A DNA stretch of 63,829 nt, filler included, from Craspedostauros australis (Eukaryota), in NCBI GenBank assembly GCA_030167865.1. It is 12 parts of 12 records of this genome, joined end to end, with 100 filler letters (N's around TTAATTAATTAA, not from the genome) between each part and the next. Parts side by side here need not be neighbours in the genome. Positions count along the whole stretch, not along the records: positions 49,631 to 51,518 come from JALAGF010004557.1; positions 51,619 to 53,188 come from JALAGF010004558.1; positions 53,289 to 57,114 come from JALAGF010004559.1; positions 57,215 to 62,413 come from JALAGF010004560.1; 8 more parts are not named here. The stretch is one strand, 5' to 3'. This document shows positions 49,631 to 62,513 of this stretch, piece after piece. The notes beneath the pieces were generated by a model that was given only the letters and a program-made list of their open reading frames with translations, searched no databases and was not told where the DNA came from. Positions within the stretch are counted from its first letter, which is position 1. Each line of letters begins with the position of its first letter. Both the position numbers and the translations under genes were made by a program.

Positions 49631-51474
49631 AATGCCTTGTTCAACGAGGAGGTGATGCTGACCTGCTGAACTTGGTTGATATGGTCGAGCCCTCCGCAGA
49701 AGAGGATATCGGCGAGGGTTTGGATGACCATAGGTGTCCTCTCGTCGTTTTGGAGGACGGCCTTGATCTGAGCTGTGGGGTCGGGAGGCATCTGGAAGAT
49801 TGATGGTTGCATCATTGTTGGTCCTCGGTCGCTGGACATGATGTATCCGGATCGAAGGCGTCGGGGTGACGGGTATGCTATCGCTGGTCGGGCATTCGTT
49901 CGGGCTCTCTTGTTAGCATTGCTGATCTCCGGAGTGTCGGGGGTCGATGGTAGGGGATGCTTCGAGGCACGGAGTTGGCGGGTATTGGCGTTCGTGTACT
50001 CATTGTAGTTCACGGGTGCCGGGTACGCGGTTGCTACTGGCACGTCATCATCGGTTGGTTCCTCTGGTGGTGTAGGGACCTCTGGTTGCTCATCCTGGGT
50101 TGTGGGAGGCACTGGTTCTGCCGTCTCGGTAGGTTCTTCCATGGTCGTGGTGGGGGCACTTTCCGTGTTGATGGTCCCGCTTGTGGATTTCTTGGCGGAT
50201 CTGACCTGTTTGATCATCTTGATTCCCGACGTTCCCGAGGAAATGGTGGAGTCCTCGGATTCGTCGAAGAGCCCCTCTCTTTTGGGACGGTTGTTTTGCT
50301 TGCTGCTGGTTCCAGAGCTGGGTCGTCGCGACGCTTGGCTTCGTTTGGTCGACTTGCCTTCTGGTCGGTAGATGGACCCAGAATCGTCGCTGTCGCCGGG
50401 CTCTGGGATGGATGTGCTGTCCACGGAATGGTCGGCTGGGATCATGGGCTTTGGGCGTACCTTGTCGGTATACCCTTGTCCATCTCGCGTGGCTGTCAGG
50501 ATTTTGGACGCCGGTGATGGTCGTGAGGATCGCCTGACGGGAGGTCTGGGGTGGCTGATTACCGCTCCACTTGCGATCTCTGCCTCCACGTCGATCACAC
50601 TTCCTGGGTCCTGCGATTCTTGGTCTCCATCGCGGTATGCCTCTGATTCAGATTCCAGATGGCTGGCTTCTTCTGCGGACATCTTTTCGTCGAAGTATCC
50701 GTCAGGGATCTCGTCCAGGAACCTTCCTTCTGGTGTCTCTCCCTCTTCGAGACTGGGACGGCTGTCTTCGAGGGATGGTATTCCATTGACCATCTCATCA
50801 TTGTCGGTGGGAGGAAGGGGCTCGTTTGCGAGTGCTTTCTTCTCTCGTGCGAGGTTGGTGGCGAGGGTGTCGCTTTGTTTTCGGACCATTCGTGCCTTCC
50901 TTGCGCGTGCGAGGATGATCGGGATCCGGTTCTTCCTCACTTTGAAAAAGTGGCATATGGATGGCTTCCGCATGGTTGCGCGGTACTCGTCGGGTGGTTC
51001 GCCCCATGCGCCGTCCTCCTTGGGGTAGAAGCACTGACCATCGGCTATGGCGATGCTGAGGACCTCGGTGGTTTGGAGGTCGTTATCCAGGTACTCGGAG
51101 AGGGTGAGAGGGTAGATGGATTGCTTCTCTACGTGGGAAACACGGCCGGCTGGTGTATTATCGTTTCCCTTCGTACAGAAGATTCGGACTCTGCGGCCAC
51201 TGTATCCGACGACGATTCCTTGGAAGGGTCCCTTCTTTCCTGCGGGATATAGTACCCTGGATCCGGGGACGGGGCATTGAATGCCATCGTAGAACGGGGT
51301 GTACTTTGGGAATGTCATCTTGCGTGTCCTCGTCTGGAATGGGGAGAGGTTGTGTCCGGGATCCTGGTTGTGGCGGCTCCGTTTTTGTGGTGAGAGCATG
51401 TTCATGTCGCGGAATGCAATAGAGGGTGCGGTCACGTTCCGTGCCAGGTCTTCTTGGAGATCAGCAATCAACAT
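49631..51474 (-). CDS. Long (>610 aa) mostly disordered ORF, probable N-terminal extension of a copia gag
   Basis: Open from ATG 51474 into the spacer, with the same strand and similar composition as the open gag frame at 49530-48529. N-terminal beta-rich segment PGSRVLY...FQGIVVGYSGRRVRIF. Linkage across the spacer is inferred only. Confidence 0.55.
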
Positions 51475-51618
51475 GTCACACCTGTACGTTTCGTGCTCAG
51501 GTGTGACGAAAGCCCGAGNNNNNNNNNNNNNNNNNNNNNNNNNNNNNNNNNNNNNNNNNNNNTTAATTAATTAANNNNNNNNNNNNNNNNNNNNNNNNNN
51601 NNNNNNNNNNNNNNNNNN

Positions 51619-53188
51619 CAATGACCTTGACGCAGCCAACCACCAACGCATCAAGATGCTACTCGCACTGGCTGATGGGGAGACGCATGACCTCATCTCC
51701 TACGTTGAGCTCGCCGACATCATCGAACGGCAACAGGAGCACAACGACGACCCTGACGCCAAGTGGGAGTTCGACTCCATCATCGGACACGAGGGTCCTC
51801 TCTCATCTTCCTCTCCCTCCTACAAGGGATCAAGCTTCAACGTCATCGTGAAATGGGGAGACGGCTCCACCTCCACCGAACCACTCTCCATCATGATTCA
51901 GGATGATCCCGTCTCTTGCGCTGCCTACGGCCGCCGCCACGAGCTGCTCGACNAGCCTGGCTGGAAGCGCCTCAAGCGCCTCGCCATCCGAACCAACCGT
52001 CTCGAGCGACAAGTCCACGTCGCCAAGTCCAAGACCTTCAATCACGCCCCTACCTTCCAGTTCGGTGTCCAAGTCCCTCGCAATCACAAGGAAGCGATGC
52101 GACTCGACGACAAGAACGGCAACACCCTCTGGGCCGATGCCGAGAAGAAGGAGATGGACCAACTCTTCGGGTACCACACCTTCAAGTCTCTTGGAAAAGG
52201 CGCCCCTGTCCCCTCCGGCTTCCAGAAGATCCGCCTCCAATGGGTCTATGCTGTGAAGCATGACCTCCGTCACAAGGCGCGCTGCGTCGCTGGCGGTCAC
52301 CTCACCGACCCCTGCAAGGATGCATCCTACGCAGGTGTGGTCAGTCTTCGCTCTCTCCGCCTCTCCCTCCTCGCCGGCGAACTCAACGGCATCCCAACCT
52401 GGGTTGGAGACATCGGCAATGCGTATCTTGAGGCCTTCACTCAGGAACGCATCTGCTTCATCGCTGGCGACGAATTCGGTGACTTCGCTGGTCATACCAT
52501 GCAGATAGTCAAGGCACTCTACGGCCTGCGCACATCGGGCGCCCGATTCCATGAGGCTCTCGCCGACACCCTTCGCGACATGGGTTTTCTCCAATGCCGC
52601 TCCGATCCCGACGTCTGGATGCGTGACGCCAACTCCCATTGGGAGTACGTCTGCGTCTACGTTGATGATCTCACCGCGACGATGGCCGACCCCAAGGCCT
52701 TCTTCGACATCCTCTCTTCGAAGTACGGGTACCAGCTCAAGGGAGTTGGTCCTATCAAGTACCACCTCGGTGCTGACTTCGGCCGTGATCCCGACGGCAC
52801 TCTCAAGCTCTCCCCGCAATCCTACATCAAGCGGATGATGGAGAACTACGANNNNNNNNNNNNNNNNNNNNNNNNNNNNNNNNNNNNNNNNNNNNNNNNN
52901 NNNNNNNNNNNNNNNNNNNACACCTCTTCCGAACTTAGCGAAACCGACAAACGCAAGTTCATGTCGCTCATCGGTGCACTCCAGTGGTGTATCTCCCTCG
53001 GACGGTTCGACATCTCTGTCGCCGTCATGACGCTGGCACGCTTCCGCTCAGCTCCCCGCCAAGGCCATCTGGACCGCGCAAAGCGCATCTACGGATATCT
53101 TCGTAAGCACCCTGATGCTGCCATCCGCTTCCGCACCTGCGTTCCCCGCTTCGATCTTCACTACGAGGTTCCCAACCATGACTGGATC
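51619..53188 (+). mobile_element. pol: CoDi-type copia pol fragment: chromodomain-like region + reverse transcriptase
   Basis: WEFDSIIGH...FNVIVKWGDGSTSTEPL (chromo-like), then WVYAVKHDLRHKARCVAGGH, GDIGNAYLEA, KALYGLRTSG, YVCVYVDD, SLIGALQW. Confidence 0.93.
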
Positions 53189-53288
53189 NNNNNNNNNNNN
53201 NNNNNNNNNNNNNNNNNNNNNNNNNNNNNNNNTTAATTAATTAANNNNNNNNNNNNNNNNNNNNNNNNNNNNNNNNNNNNNNNNNNNN

Positions 53289-56200
53289 ACCATCCGCTTG
53301 GTAGTCGCTCCAGCTGGTTGGCCCAGCGCTTGGGTATGCAAGACGCCATGGTGCCGTCGTGAGCCTCGCCGAATATCCTTGTGCCATTGGCCAATACAAT
53401 GTCAGACAAGCGTAGCACTCCCAACTTCTGGCGCACCATGTTCAGGTGACGGAGCTGTGCTCCTTTGATGCTTTGTTCCAGCCAGATATCCGTGAGGAAG
53501 CTGTCTCCTTCCCGTTGGACCTTCGCTGTCATTGTCTTGTAAATCTGGATGATGGTGTCTTGGAGTTGTTGCCATAGCCCCGTCACCCAGCACTGTGTGG
53601 CACAGTGGCCCACACTGTCGAAGGGGTACTGGAAAATAGATCTGCCCGTTCCCAGCTCTTCCTTGAGTGCCAGAATAGAGCATTCGATCATCTTTCCTGT
53701 CTGGGTTCTTCGATGCACCTCATCAAATGCAAGCTGTATTTGTGAAATCAGCTGGGCGTTGGCCGGGTTAATGATTCCCAACCCGCCAAGCAAGGTTGTG
53801 CCGTACACAAGGGCCCATGGGAAGTTCCTGGACACTCCCATTTTTGGAAGTGACGCCAGCAGCGCCGGAGCCATGATTCGTCGCCATTGTTGTCTGGAAA
53901 GCTGCGTCATTGGCAGGGCATACTCGATCGTCTTCAGGAACCTCAGCGATAGCGCCGACTTAGCGTCTTCCGGTGATATCTGTGCTGTCNGCATTCTGTC
54001 TCCGAAATCCTCGGCCTTCGCTCGCATCCTCTGCATCTGCTCTGTCTGGTCGCCGTCGAAATCAATGAACACTCCCAGTTTGAACAGGGGATGGTCCATC
54101 GTCTTGTAGGGTATCTCTGGCCTGACACCATTTCTTTCCTCGATTTGGATGGTGGTGCGGGTGTCGACGTCCTTCCAGCCCCACTCGTCTTTGATGAACT
54201 CGGGCTGGATGGCCCACCAAGCTGACTTAGCAGGAACCAACGCCCCGCCTGTCACTCTCAACAGCCGGCTCCAGTCGTGGACCATACTCTTGAATGCCTC
54301 CATGTCGGCTCCTTCGCTGCCTGTGACCTCCAGTTGGACCAGATCCGTGTTGTCAACAAACGCCGAGCCGAGGATCTCAATGACCTCTCCGTCGGGCGTC
54401 GTCACTTGGGATGCATGCCCCAACTTGAGCATAGCATTGAACATCACGGAGCTGATGACGGCCCAAATCGCAGGGCCCGCTCCATTGCCTTGTCCAATGC
54501 CATGCATTTCACAGTCTGGGCCTCGACGGTATGACCTATCTGACACCCCGTACGCTGTGCTGATGCGGTGGTCGGCATCTCGAAGGGTCTTGAACATGCT
54601 CCACATGGCTGCCCCATTTGCGCCTGCCGCTATCATCGCAGATGCCACAAAGTTGGGGACGATCCTGTTGCAACACGACTTGGCATCATTCGAGCAGAAC
54701 CCAATCGCCACCTTCTGTTGGAAACCCAGATCAACACTCAGCCTCTTGTTCAGGGCGGCACTCATGGCANNNNNNNNNNNNNNNNNNNNNNNNNNNNNNN
54801 NNNNNNNNNNNNNNNNNNNNNNNNNNNNNNNNNNNNNNNNNNNNNNNNNNNNNNNNNNNNNNNNNNNNNNNNNNNNNNNNNNNNNNNNNNNNNNNNNCAT
54901 TTTCTCGATATTGAACACTTGGGCCTTCTTCAGGATCTCAACGTCTGTGATCCGTTGCCATGGTCGGGGTGAGTGTCCCGTCTGGTATGAGACATCACGC
55001 AACTGCACGTCCGTTCTAGCCAAGCTATCCACCATCATTGCTGCCTTGTAGTGGCCAAAATGTGGGTTGCTTGGCTCCGAGTTGGTGAGCTCTGTTTGTC
55101 GCTTCCACGCTTTCTGGTGATCCTCGACTGTGAGTTTGGTCTTGTCCTGTGCTATGGGCTCTAGTGCTGCGAGTAGGGTCCGGATCATGGGGTCAAGTTC
55201 GGCTGGAGACGTGCCCTCCTTGTTCACTTGTTGGGCTGCGAGTTCCGGTTGCCAGATACGATCCATGACACCCTTGTCTCGACCTGTCATACAGGGAGTA
55301 CCGTTTGCTTGTGAGAACCTTCGCTTGTTCTCCCAGATACACGCGGTGACAATCTCATGTTGTTTGGTGCATTCATGAAGCCTGCCATCTTCATCGGTGA
55401 ACAGGACTTTGGTGGTCATTGACTTGTCCTGACTGAAGATCGCTCGGAGGCGGCCTGCTTGCTCCCTTTGTCTCTCACAGTTCAGCAGAAGATGTAGTGC
55501 AGTTTCGTATTCTTGATCATGAGCATCGTGGCGTTGCCTCGCAATCTCCACCAGGTAGTGTCGTTGCGCTTGTGTGTGATGTTTTTTCTGTGTGTAATAG
55601 GCTGCATATGCTTCAGACTGTTTCTGTTTCGCTTGCTCCAGCGTTGCCTCGCTGTCCAGCCCCACTGACTTCTTGGTGCGTTGTTGAAGGGACGAACTCA
55701 CTTTGACACCGGACATGTGCTTCACTTCCAAGGACCAGAACTTGATCACGTTCCTTGCGTGTTGCAGGTCGGGAGACCACGCCACAGCACCCATTCTCAG
55801 CTTGCGACACTTCTTCTCTGCGTATCTTCTGATCTCATAGGTCTGCGCCAAGAGCTTGTCGTACTGGAGTTGTTGGGCAGGGGTCAGTCGCCATCCTTGA
55901 GATTTCGCCAGGCGCCATTTCTCTTGCACCCGTTCGCATATGTTGTGCTTTCCGTACTCTTCCAACAGTGTGTCATTGTACTTCTGGGTGACATGTGGGT
56001 CACTGAGGACCAACCGCCTGGGCTGAGAGGTCCAGATGGGCTTCACGGCCACACCTAGGACTTGCTCGAAACCAACGTCGACCCATACCGCTCTGTGGTT
56101 GGATGGTATGGCCTTGCCAAACCCCAGGTAGCCTGCCTTCTCCAGATGCACTCCTTCCGACACGAATATCGCGTCGATAGGCACGTTGTTTCGGTTTCTT

Positions 56201-56612
56201 TGTTGGGTAGCTTGCCTTGCCTGGTCTCCTGTTCTATTCCATACCGCGTTCTTCAGCCNTGTGGCCTCCAGAAGGCGAGCAGTGGTACTGTCCAGGACGT
56301 CGTCGTTGAGGTCGACCCCCAGTATAATAGTGTTGCCTTCAGTAGGCCATTTCCTGATCTCATTGGCCATGTTGTTGCCCCACGCCTCGTGCGGGTCTTC
56401 TTCCCGACCTGCCGCCGCCAGTACTCTCACCTGCTGGGACCACACTGTAGGCTGTTCACTCTGCTACATGCTATGTCCCACATCGCAGCTACCGTTCCCC
56501 AGCGCAAAAAGCGTGGATGTGTCGCCGCATCTCCCAGCCTGCGAGCTGGAGCCCCGAAGCTGACCGCGTGGGCGCCGCCCCGTCTCCTGCCGTTGACGTC
56601 CAGTGACGCTTA
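53289..56612 (-). mobile_element. Non-LTR retrotransposon (Ambal-like), APE endonuclease C-terminus + RT, catalytically degenerate
   Basis: APE motifs ILGVDLND, PIDAIFVS, SNHRAVW; RT motifs SNDAKSCCNRI, GIGQGNG, AFVDNTDL, TGGALVPAKS. Clearly homologous to 57215-61430. Confidence 0.9.
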
Positions 56613-57214
56613 GCGTAACATGCATGCTCTAACTACACCTACACTACCTAATGCACGCTATCTAATGCACACAATCAAATACACCACAAGGACAGCAGCT
56701 TCCCCAACATCATCTGTTCCTGCCGGATGAATGATGCAGAAAAACGAGGTGACACTAAGCGCCTACGGCGCATAGTTAAAGAATATAATCTATGTGGTAA
56801 ACAACAACTACGACTTCTCCAAAACATGTCTCGACATGTGTGGAATTGGTTGCCTGAGGACAAGGCCTGNGCAGAGGCNAGGATCAGCTTCGTGCATGCT
56901 GCAACATGGCTGACTCNAACCGTTCACATCAACGTTAGTCTAGGAAAGAAACAAGACAATTCAAGAACAATGAAGATGCGAACCGAAGAAACATGTACGC
57001 TTATGATTGGATACAAAATTGTCAATTCATTTTACTTCCGCGTGGAGTTCGTATTTGGCGGGACTCTTCAAATTACATGCCATGTCAAACGAAAGTTTCG
57101 TTTGACATGGCATGNNNNNNNNNNNNNNNNNNNNNNNNNNNNNNNNNNNNNNNNNNNNTTAATTAATTAANNNNNNNNNNNNNNNNNNNNNNNNNNNNNN
57201 NNNNNNNNNNNNNN

Positions 57215-60200
57215 CCTCGAGCACCGACGCACATTCCTGGAACAACGAGCTGACGAGATGGCCGAAGTTGGCAACACCTCCGCAAGCACCGCGCTGGCGG
57301 TACTCATCGCAAGGGAGGAGACTGCCAAAACATTTCGCTCCATCAAGCGAGCGATCCAGGGAGACTCCAGCGGAAGCAAAGTCACAATGGTCATCGCAAC
57401 CGACAGCACAGGAGAGGAACGGACGTACAGCAAGGAACAAGATGTCATCAGCCAATGCATGCAAGCCAACGAACAAAAATACAGGCAGGCATACGTGACG
57501 CCGCTGCAAACAGACAGCTTCAAGCGGAGTCTGGAGCACGGCGGGATCGACCATGCGGCGAGGCGACACAGGCGGTCCATGGACCAGCACGCTCAGGCTC
57601 TGCTCGAGCAGCTGCAGTCCGCCAGTCTAGCGCCGTTATGGGAAGAGCATCGATTGGAAGTGCCGGTAAAGGAGCATCAGCAAGCCTGGGCGCGAGCACG
57701 GGAGCGTACGGCCTCAGGGCCCTCAGGACTGCACTTCGGAACGTGGAAAGCAAACGCAAAAGTGCTCGAGGTCGCAACTACGGACGCAGCCATGCGAGAG
57801 ATATCCTTGCGTACAGGGTACAACCTGAAGCGATGGCTCAGATGCTCCGACATAACCCTGCTGAAGGAGGAAGGCAATTTCAGAGTCAACCGATTCCGAA
57901 CAATCAGCTTGGTCGAAGGCGACTTCAACGCCAACTTGAAAAAGATCGGAAGGGAGATGATGAGCCACGCCGAAGCCAACAGCCTGCTCCCAGAGGAACA
58001 ATACGGCAGTCGCAAGCAACGNAGCGCNGCNGAAGTAAGCCTGAACAACCGGCTGACCGGCGACATCATCAGAAGCACCGGGCGAACGAGCTTCGTCTGC
58101 TCCAACGACGCGAAGAGCTGCTATGATCGTATGGCACATGTGCCTCTCCAGCTAAGCATGCGCGGGGTCGGGGTGCCACCAACGGTGGGAACGAGTGTGA
58201 TAGCTGCAGTGGAAGCAATGAAGCATCACGTACTTACAGGATACGGGCTTTCACGGGACACCTATCCCAAAAAGGGGTCCAAGCTCCAAGGCCTATTGCA
58301 GGGACTCGGGATATCGCCAGCAGGATGGGTAGCCATGAGCTCGCCTTTAATGAAGACAATGGCAGACAAAGGCTATGGGTTCTCCACGAAGCACCCAGTG
58401 ACGAACGAGGACACGAAGCTAGTCTGCTTCTCATTCGTAGACGACACCGACATCATACACACAATCCAGGCGGATGCAGCCAACGCGGAAGCATGCATGG
58501 CAGAGATACAACAAGTGGTGGACACGTGGGAGGGTATGCTTCGAGCTACAGGCGGGGCGCTCGAACCGCGGAAAAGCTACTGGTATCTTCTGGCCTTCAA
58601 ATGGAGCGGGAAGGAATGGATACACCGAGGCGATGAGGAGGTCCCGGGCAGCATCAATATCCGACAGCCAGACAGCGCGGAGCGATCTACACTGCTCAGA
58701 CTGCCAGTCGATCAAGCCAGAAAGGCTCTTGGAGTAATGGTGCGCCATGACGGAGTGCAACACGACAACGCGGAAATGTACACGCAGAAAGCTCGGAAAT
58801 GGGCTGACGCAATACGACGAGGCGGGCTGCTCCGAGGGCAGGCAAAGGTAGCCCTGCACGCTACCATCATGAAAACCCTGGAGTATCCCCTGGCAAGCGC
58901 AACATTCACGAAAGCAGAGTCCGAAAGCATCATGCGACCCATGCTACAATCAGCGCTCCCGGCGACAGGAGTCCAACGAAACGTGTCACGAGCACTGGTA
59001 TTTGGTCCGCGGCGGCAATTCGGATTGGGTATACCGCACATATATTATACGCAGGTCACACGACACGTCGAGGAAATCACCAAGCATTGGAACCAAAGCA
59101 CGATCACAGGAAAGCTGATGCGCAACGCCATGGGCACGCTGGAACTACAAGCCGGCATGGACCAAGTGTTCACTAGGACGCTGAAACAGTGGCAAGGAGT
59201 ACTGCCAGACTCGTGGATGAAAGCAGTATGGGCCGAGCTCAACCACGTTGAGATCACCCTTCGGTTCGAAACGTCGCCGCTGAAGCCGCCAAGGGAAGGA
59301 GACACGTTTGTCATGGAGCGCATACTCTCTCTCAACCTGACCAAGGCGGAGCTCCAAGCAGTCAACCTGTGCCGAATGGCGAAACAGGTGCTGTGGGTAT
59401 CCGACATAGCGAATGTCCAAGGCGACGAAGTGCTAGCGGCCTCCGTCTCTCCAGGACCAACACCTCTCCGGAAAAGCAGCATGAGATGGCCGCGTGTCGG
59501 AGAACCATCGCCACGGCAGTGGAAAGAGTGGTCACAGGCAGTCGGCCGATGCTTCCCATCCACCAGGGGGCCATCTAGAACGTTGTCCCCACCGCTCGGG
59601 GAATGGCGGAACTACGGCTCTCAAAAACCCCAATACATGTATGATCCGGAAGCAGACAGAATCACATCCATCGACCAGGAGGGAGTATATTACCGACGAG
59701 TCCCACGCAGGGGACGCAGGAGGGAGTACGCGCGAACAGTCGGCACCACCGCCCGGGGCACGCAACCAGTGGATGGCTACACCAGCGGACCAAACTTGGC
59801 AGTTACAGGAAGCTCCTCAGGTATCGCCACCCAACCGCCACCGCCAGTCCAAGACCTCGCGGCCAAGTTCCAGCATCTCTCGGACTCGTCAGCGTGGGCG
59901 ATCGAGGCATGGGACATCGAGGGCGACGAGACAGTGCTTGGCGAAGCCATCAGGGCCGGAACGCTCACCGCATGCAGCGACGGTTCGGTAGCCGATGGGC
60001 TAGGAGCGGCAGGAGCAGTGATCACCGGCGAGGCCCACGACCAAATGGCCAAACTGTGGTTAACCTGCAGGACGCCACGCAGCAGCGACACGATGCAGTC
60101 CCACAGGGCGGAGCTATCGGGTTTGTACAGCCTTATGGTGGCGATCCAATGCATATGCGACTCCCAGGGAGTTGTGTCGGGGCGAGCAGTGGTCGGATGC

Positions 60201-61586
60201 GACAACGTCGGAGCGCTCAAAGCGCTGGATCCTACCTGGCACCTGACACCCAGGTCCTCCGATGCTGACCTAATGAGGGCTACGCGAAACAAGATGCTGC
60301 AGCTACCAATCAGCATTGAAGGACGGCATGTGAAGGGGCACCAAGACGATGACAAGCAGTGGCACGAGCTCGATGAGTGGGCAAAAATGAACGTGGAAGC
60401 TGATAAATTGGCCGGGGCCCAGCGGCGAGCCAGCGGTGGCATCACGCCCTATGACGATATCATCGAAGGCGAGGAAGTATGCCTTTCCAGGCATATGAAG
60501 ATAACCTCGGTGCGTTATGAACACATAGCCGAGGAAGGTCTGACCAAAGCAACATTCGAGATATTGAGAAACAGGAAAGTGGTGGACCGAGCAGACGAAG
60601 TCAGNTGGCCGGCACTGGGAAGGGCAATTACCGGCCTCGATCATGCCAACGCAATGCTGACGTTCAAATTGGTCACCGGCGAAGCAGCAGTGGGCAAGCG
60701 GATGAAACAGTGGGGGCTACGGGCGTCCAGCAAATGCCCCAGTTGCGACGCTGAAGAAGTCCAGGCTCATATCTGGTCTTGCCCCGCCGAGCACAGGGCG
60801 GAAGCGACGGCCAAGCACCTGAAGGGAATCCGCATGTGGATGGCCAAATATCCAACCAGCCCGCAGGTCACCGCAGCCATAACAGCCATGCTGAGAAGCC
60901 AACTGGCAGGCACAGTGCATCTTCAGGCAATGACTGCAAGTAGAGCGCTGACCGAGGCAATCGAGCAGCAGCGGCGAATAGGGAACGTGTCTCTTTCGCG
61001 CGGACTGATCGGCACAAAGTGGGTGGAGTTACAAGCGGTGTTTCTGGCAAGCCAAGAATCGCGACGATCGCCCCTAACGTGGGGGGCGGAGCTGGCCCGA
61101 CGCATATGGAGAATAGCGTGGGAACAATGGCGGCTTCGAAACCATGACATGTTCAACGAAGCCGAGTCAGCCGAGCAGGAGATGATGGAAGCCATGCGCG
61201 ACAGGTCGGAAGACCTGGCAAGCATGCTCCAAGCCGACAATGCCGTCCATAAGCGAGTGCTGGCAGTACGTCCAGGATGCGAGTCCGACGCTGCAAGTGT
61301 AGCGCTGTGGATGGAACAGGCGGCGAGACTGCTGCGAACCAACCTAGCCACAGGCCCTCTGCTCAAGTGGATGCAAGTCCACTCGAAGACGGGGTTCCAA
61401 TTGTACCGCAGGACCGAGCCCAACAAGTGAGAACGCAATCAACACAGGCAAACAAGTGCTGAGCACCCATACTTCAGATTCCGTACCCCCTCCAGGTGTT
61501 CCACCTGGAGTTGAAAGGAGGCGGAGAAAAGCGTCGCCGACGCAGTCGCAGCATAAGACCGACTAATCTATGAGTTATTTATTTAC
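57215..61586 (+). mobile_element. Non-LTR retrotransposon (Ambal-like): RT + RNase H + zinc finger, with 3' UTR; 5'-truncated by spacer
   Basis: Uninterrupted ORF to 61430: SNDAKSCYDR, GLLQG, FVDDTD; RNase H SDGS...RAEL...CDN...HVKGHQD...ADKLA; CPSC...E...HIWSC. The 3' UTR ends in TTATTTATTTA at about 61575-61585. Confidence 0.93.
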
Positions 61587-62513
61587 TGTCAAACCATTCT
61601 GCTGAGAATCGGACAACCAGTGTTGGTGCAGATCAGCCAAAGAGTGTTTCTTACCTGGTTTTGCAGGGGAAGCAAAGTCAAGGGCGGACTGCTACTAGCT
61701 GCGACAGCTTTTTTGGCTGCTGCGGTCACATCGGATGATCCGTTCAACATTTTGCATCTGGTGATCTGTGGGAGGGTGCGTTGAGTGTGACAGTTTTTCT
61801 CGACTGTTGCCATCCTTGCCTTCGACATGGAATACAGTCTATTCCAGCATTATCACATGGGCTGGNCCATCCATCCACCAACTTTTCCATGCACCCNTGG
61901 AAGTANTCAACNTGGCATGCNCTGCCAACGTATTGCAATGTTGGTGCTGAGCGTGGTATACTCTGGGAAAAGATCCGTCCACAGACACACCTCACATCAA
62001 TTCTGCTCTCCCATACATGCACAGACCCATCATACTTGTACCAGGCCGGGTCCATGCTTTTCACAGCATCCCATGTGGGCTTGCACGATACACGAATAGA
62101 TGGCGTTGTCCATCCCTCCATCCATCCAACCATCCAACCATCAGCAGGCAAGCAGGTGGCCACAAGAGACAACATGGCCATCATGATGACTGCATCCAAA
62201 GCCTCCAGCCACCAACATCCTTGGAACATGCACAGACATCAGAACAGTGGAGGTTGCTGGAGAAGAACCAAGAGGATTGATTAGCAGCAGTAGCAACATC
62301 ATCTCATCTACTCCTGTTGTGAAGAGCACGCCAAGACATCAATCATGCGCCCTTTTGTGCAGTCTGTACAAAACTGGAGAGAGTTGCTGGCTATTGTGCC
62401 ATTGGTGTCAACANNNNNNNNNNNNNNNNNNNNNNNNNNNNNNNNNNNNNNNNNNNNTTAATTAATTAANNNNNNNNNNNNNNNNNNNNNNNNNNNNNNN
62501 NNNNNNNNNNNNN

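Noticed and set aside
61590..62413. BED-finger/hAT remnant (DPAWYKY...RCVCGRIF)
   Set aside because: Too degraded, and contains ambiguous bases.
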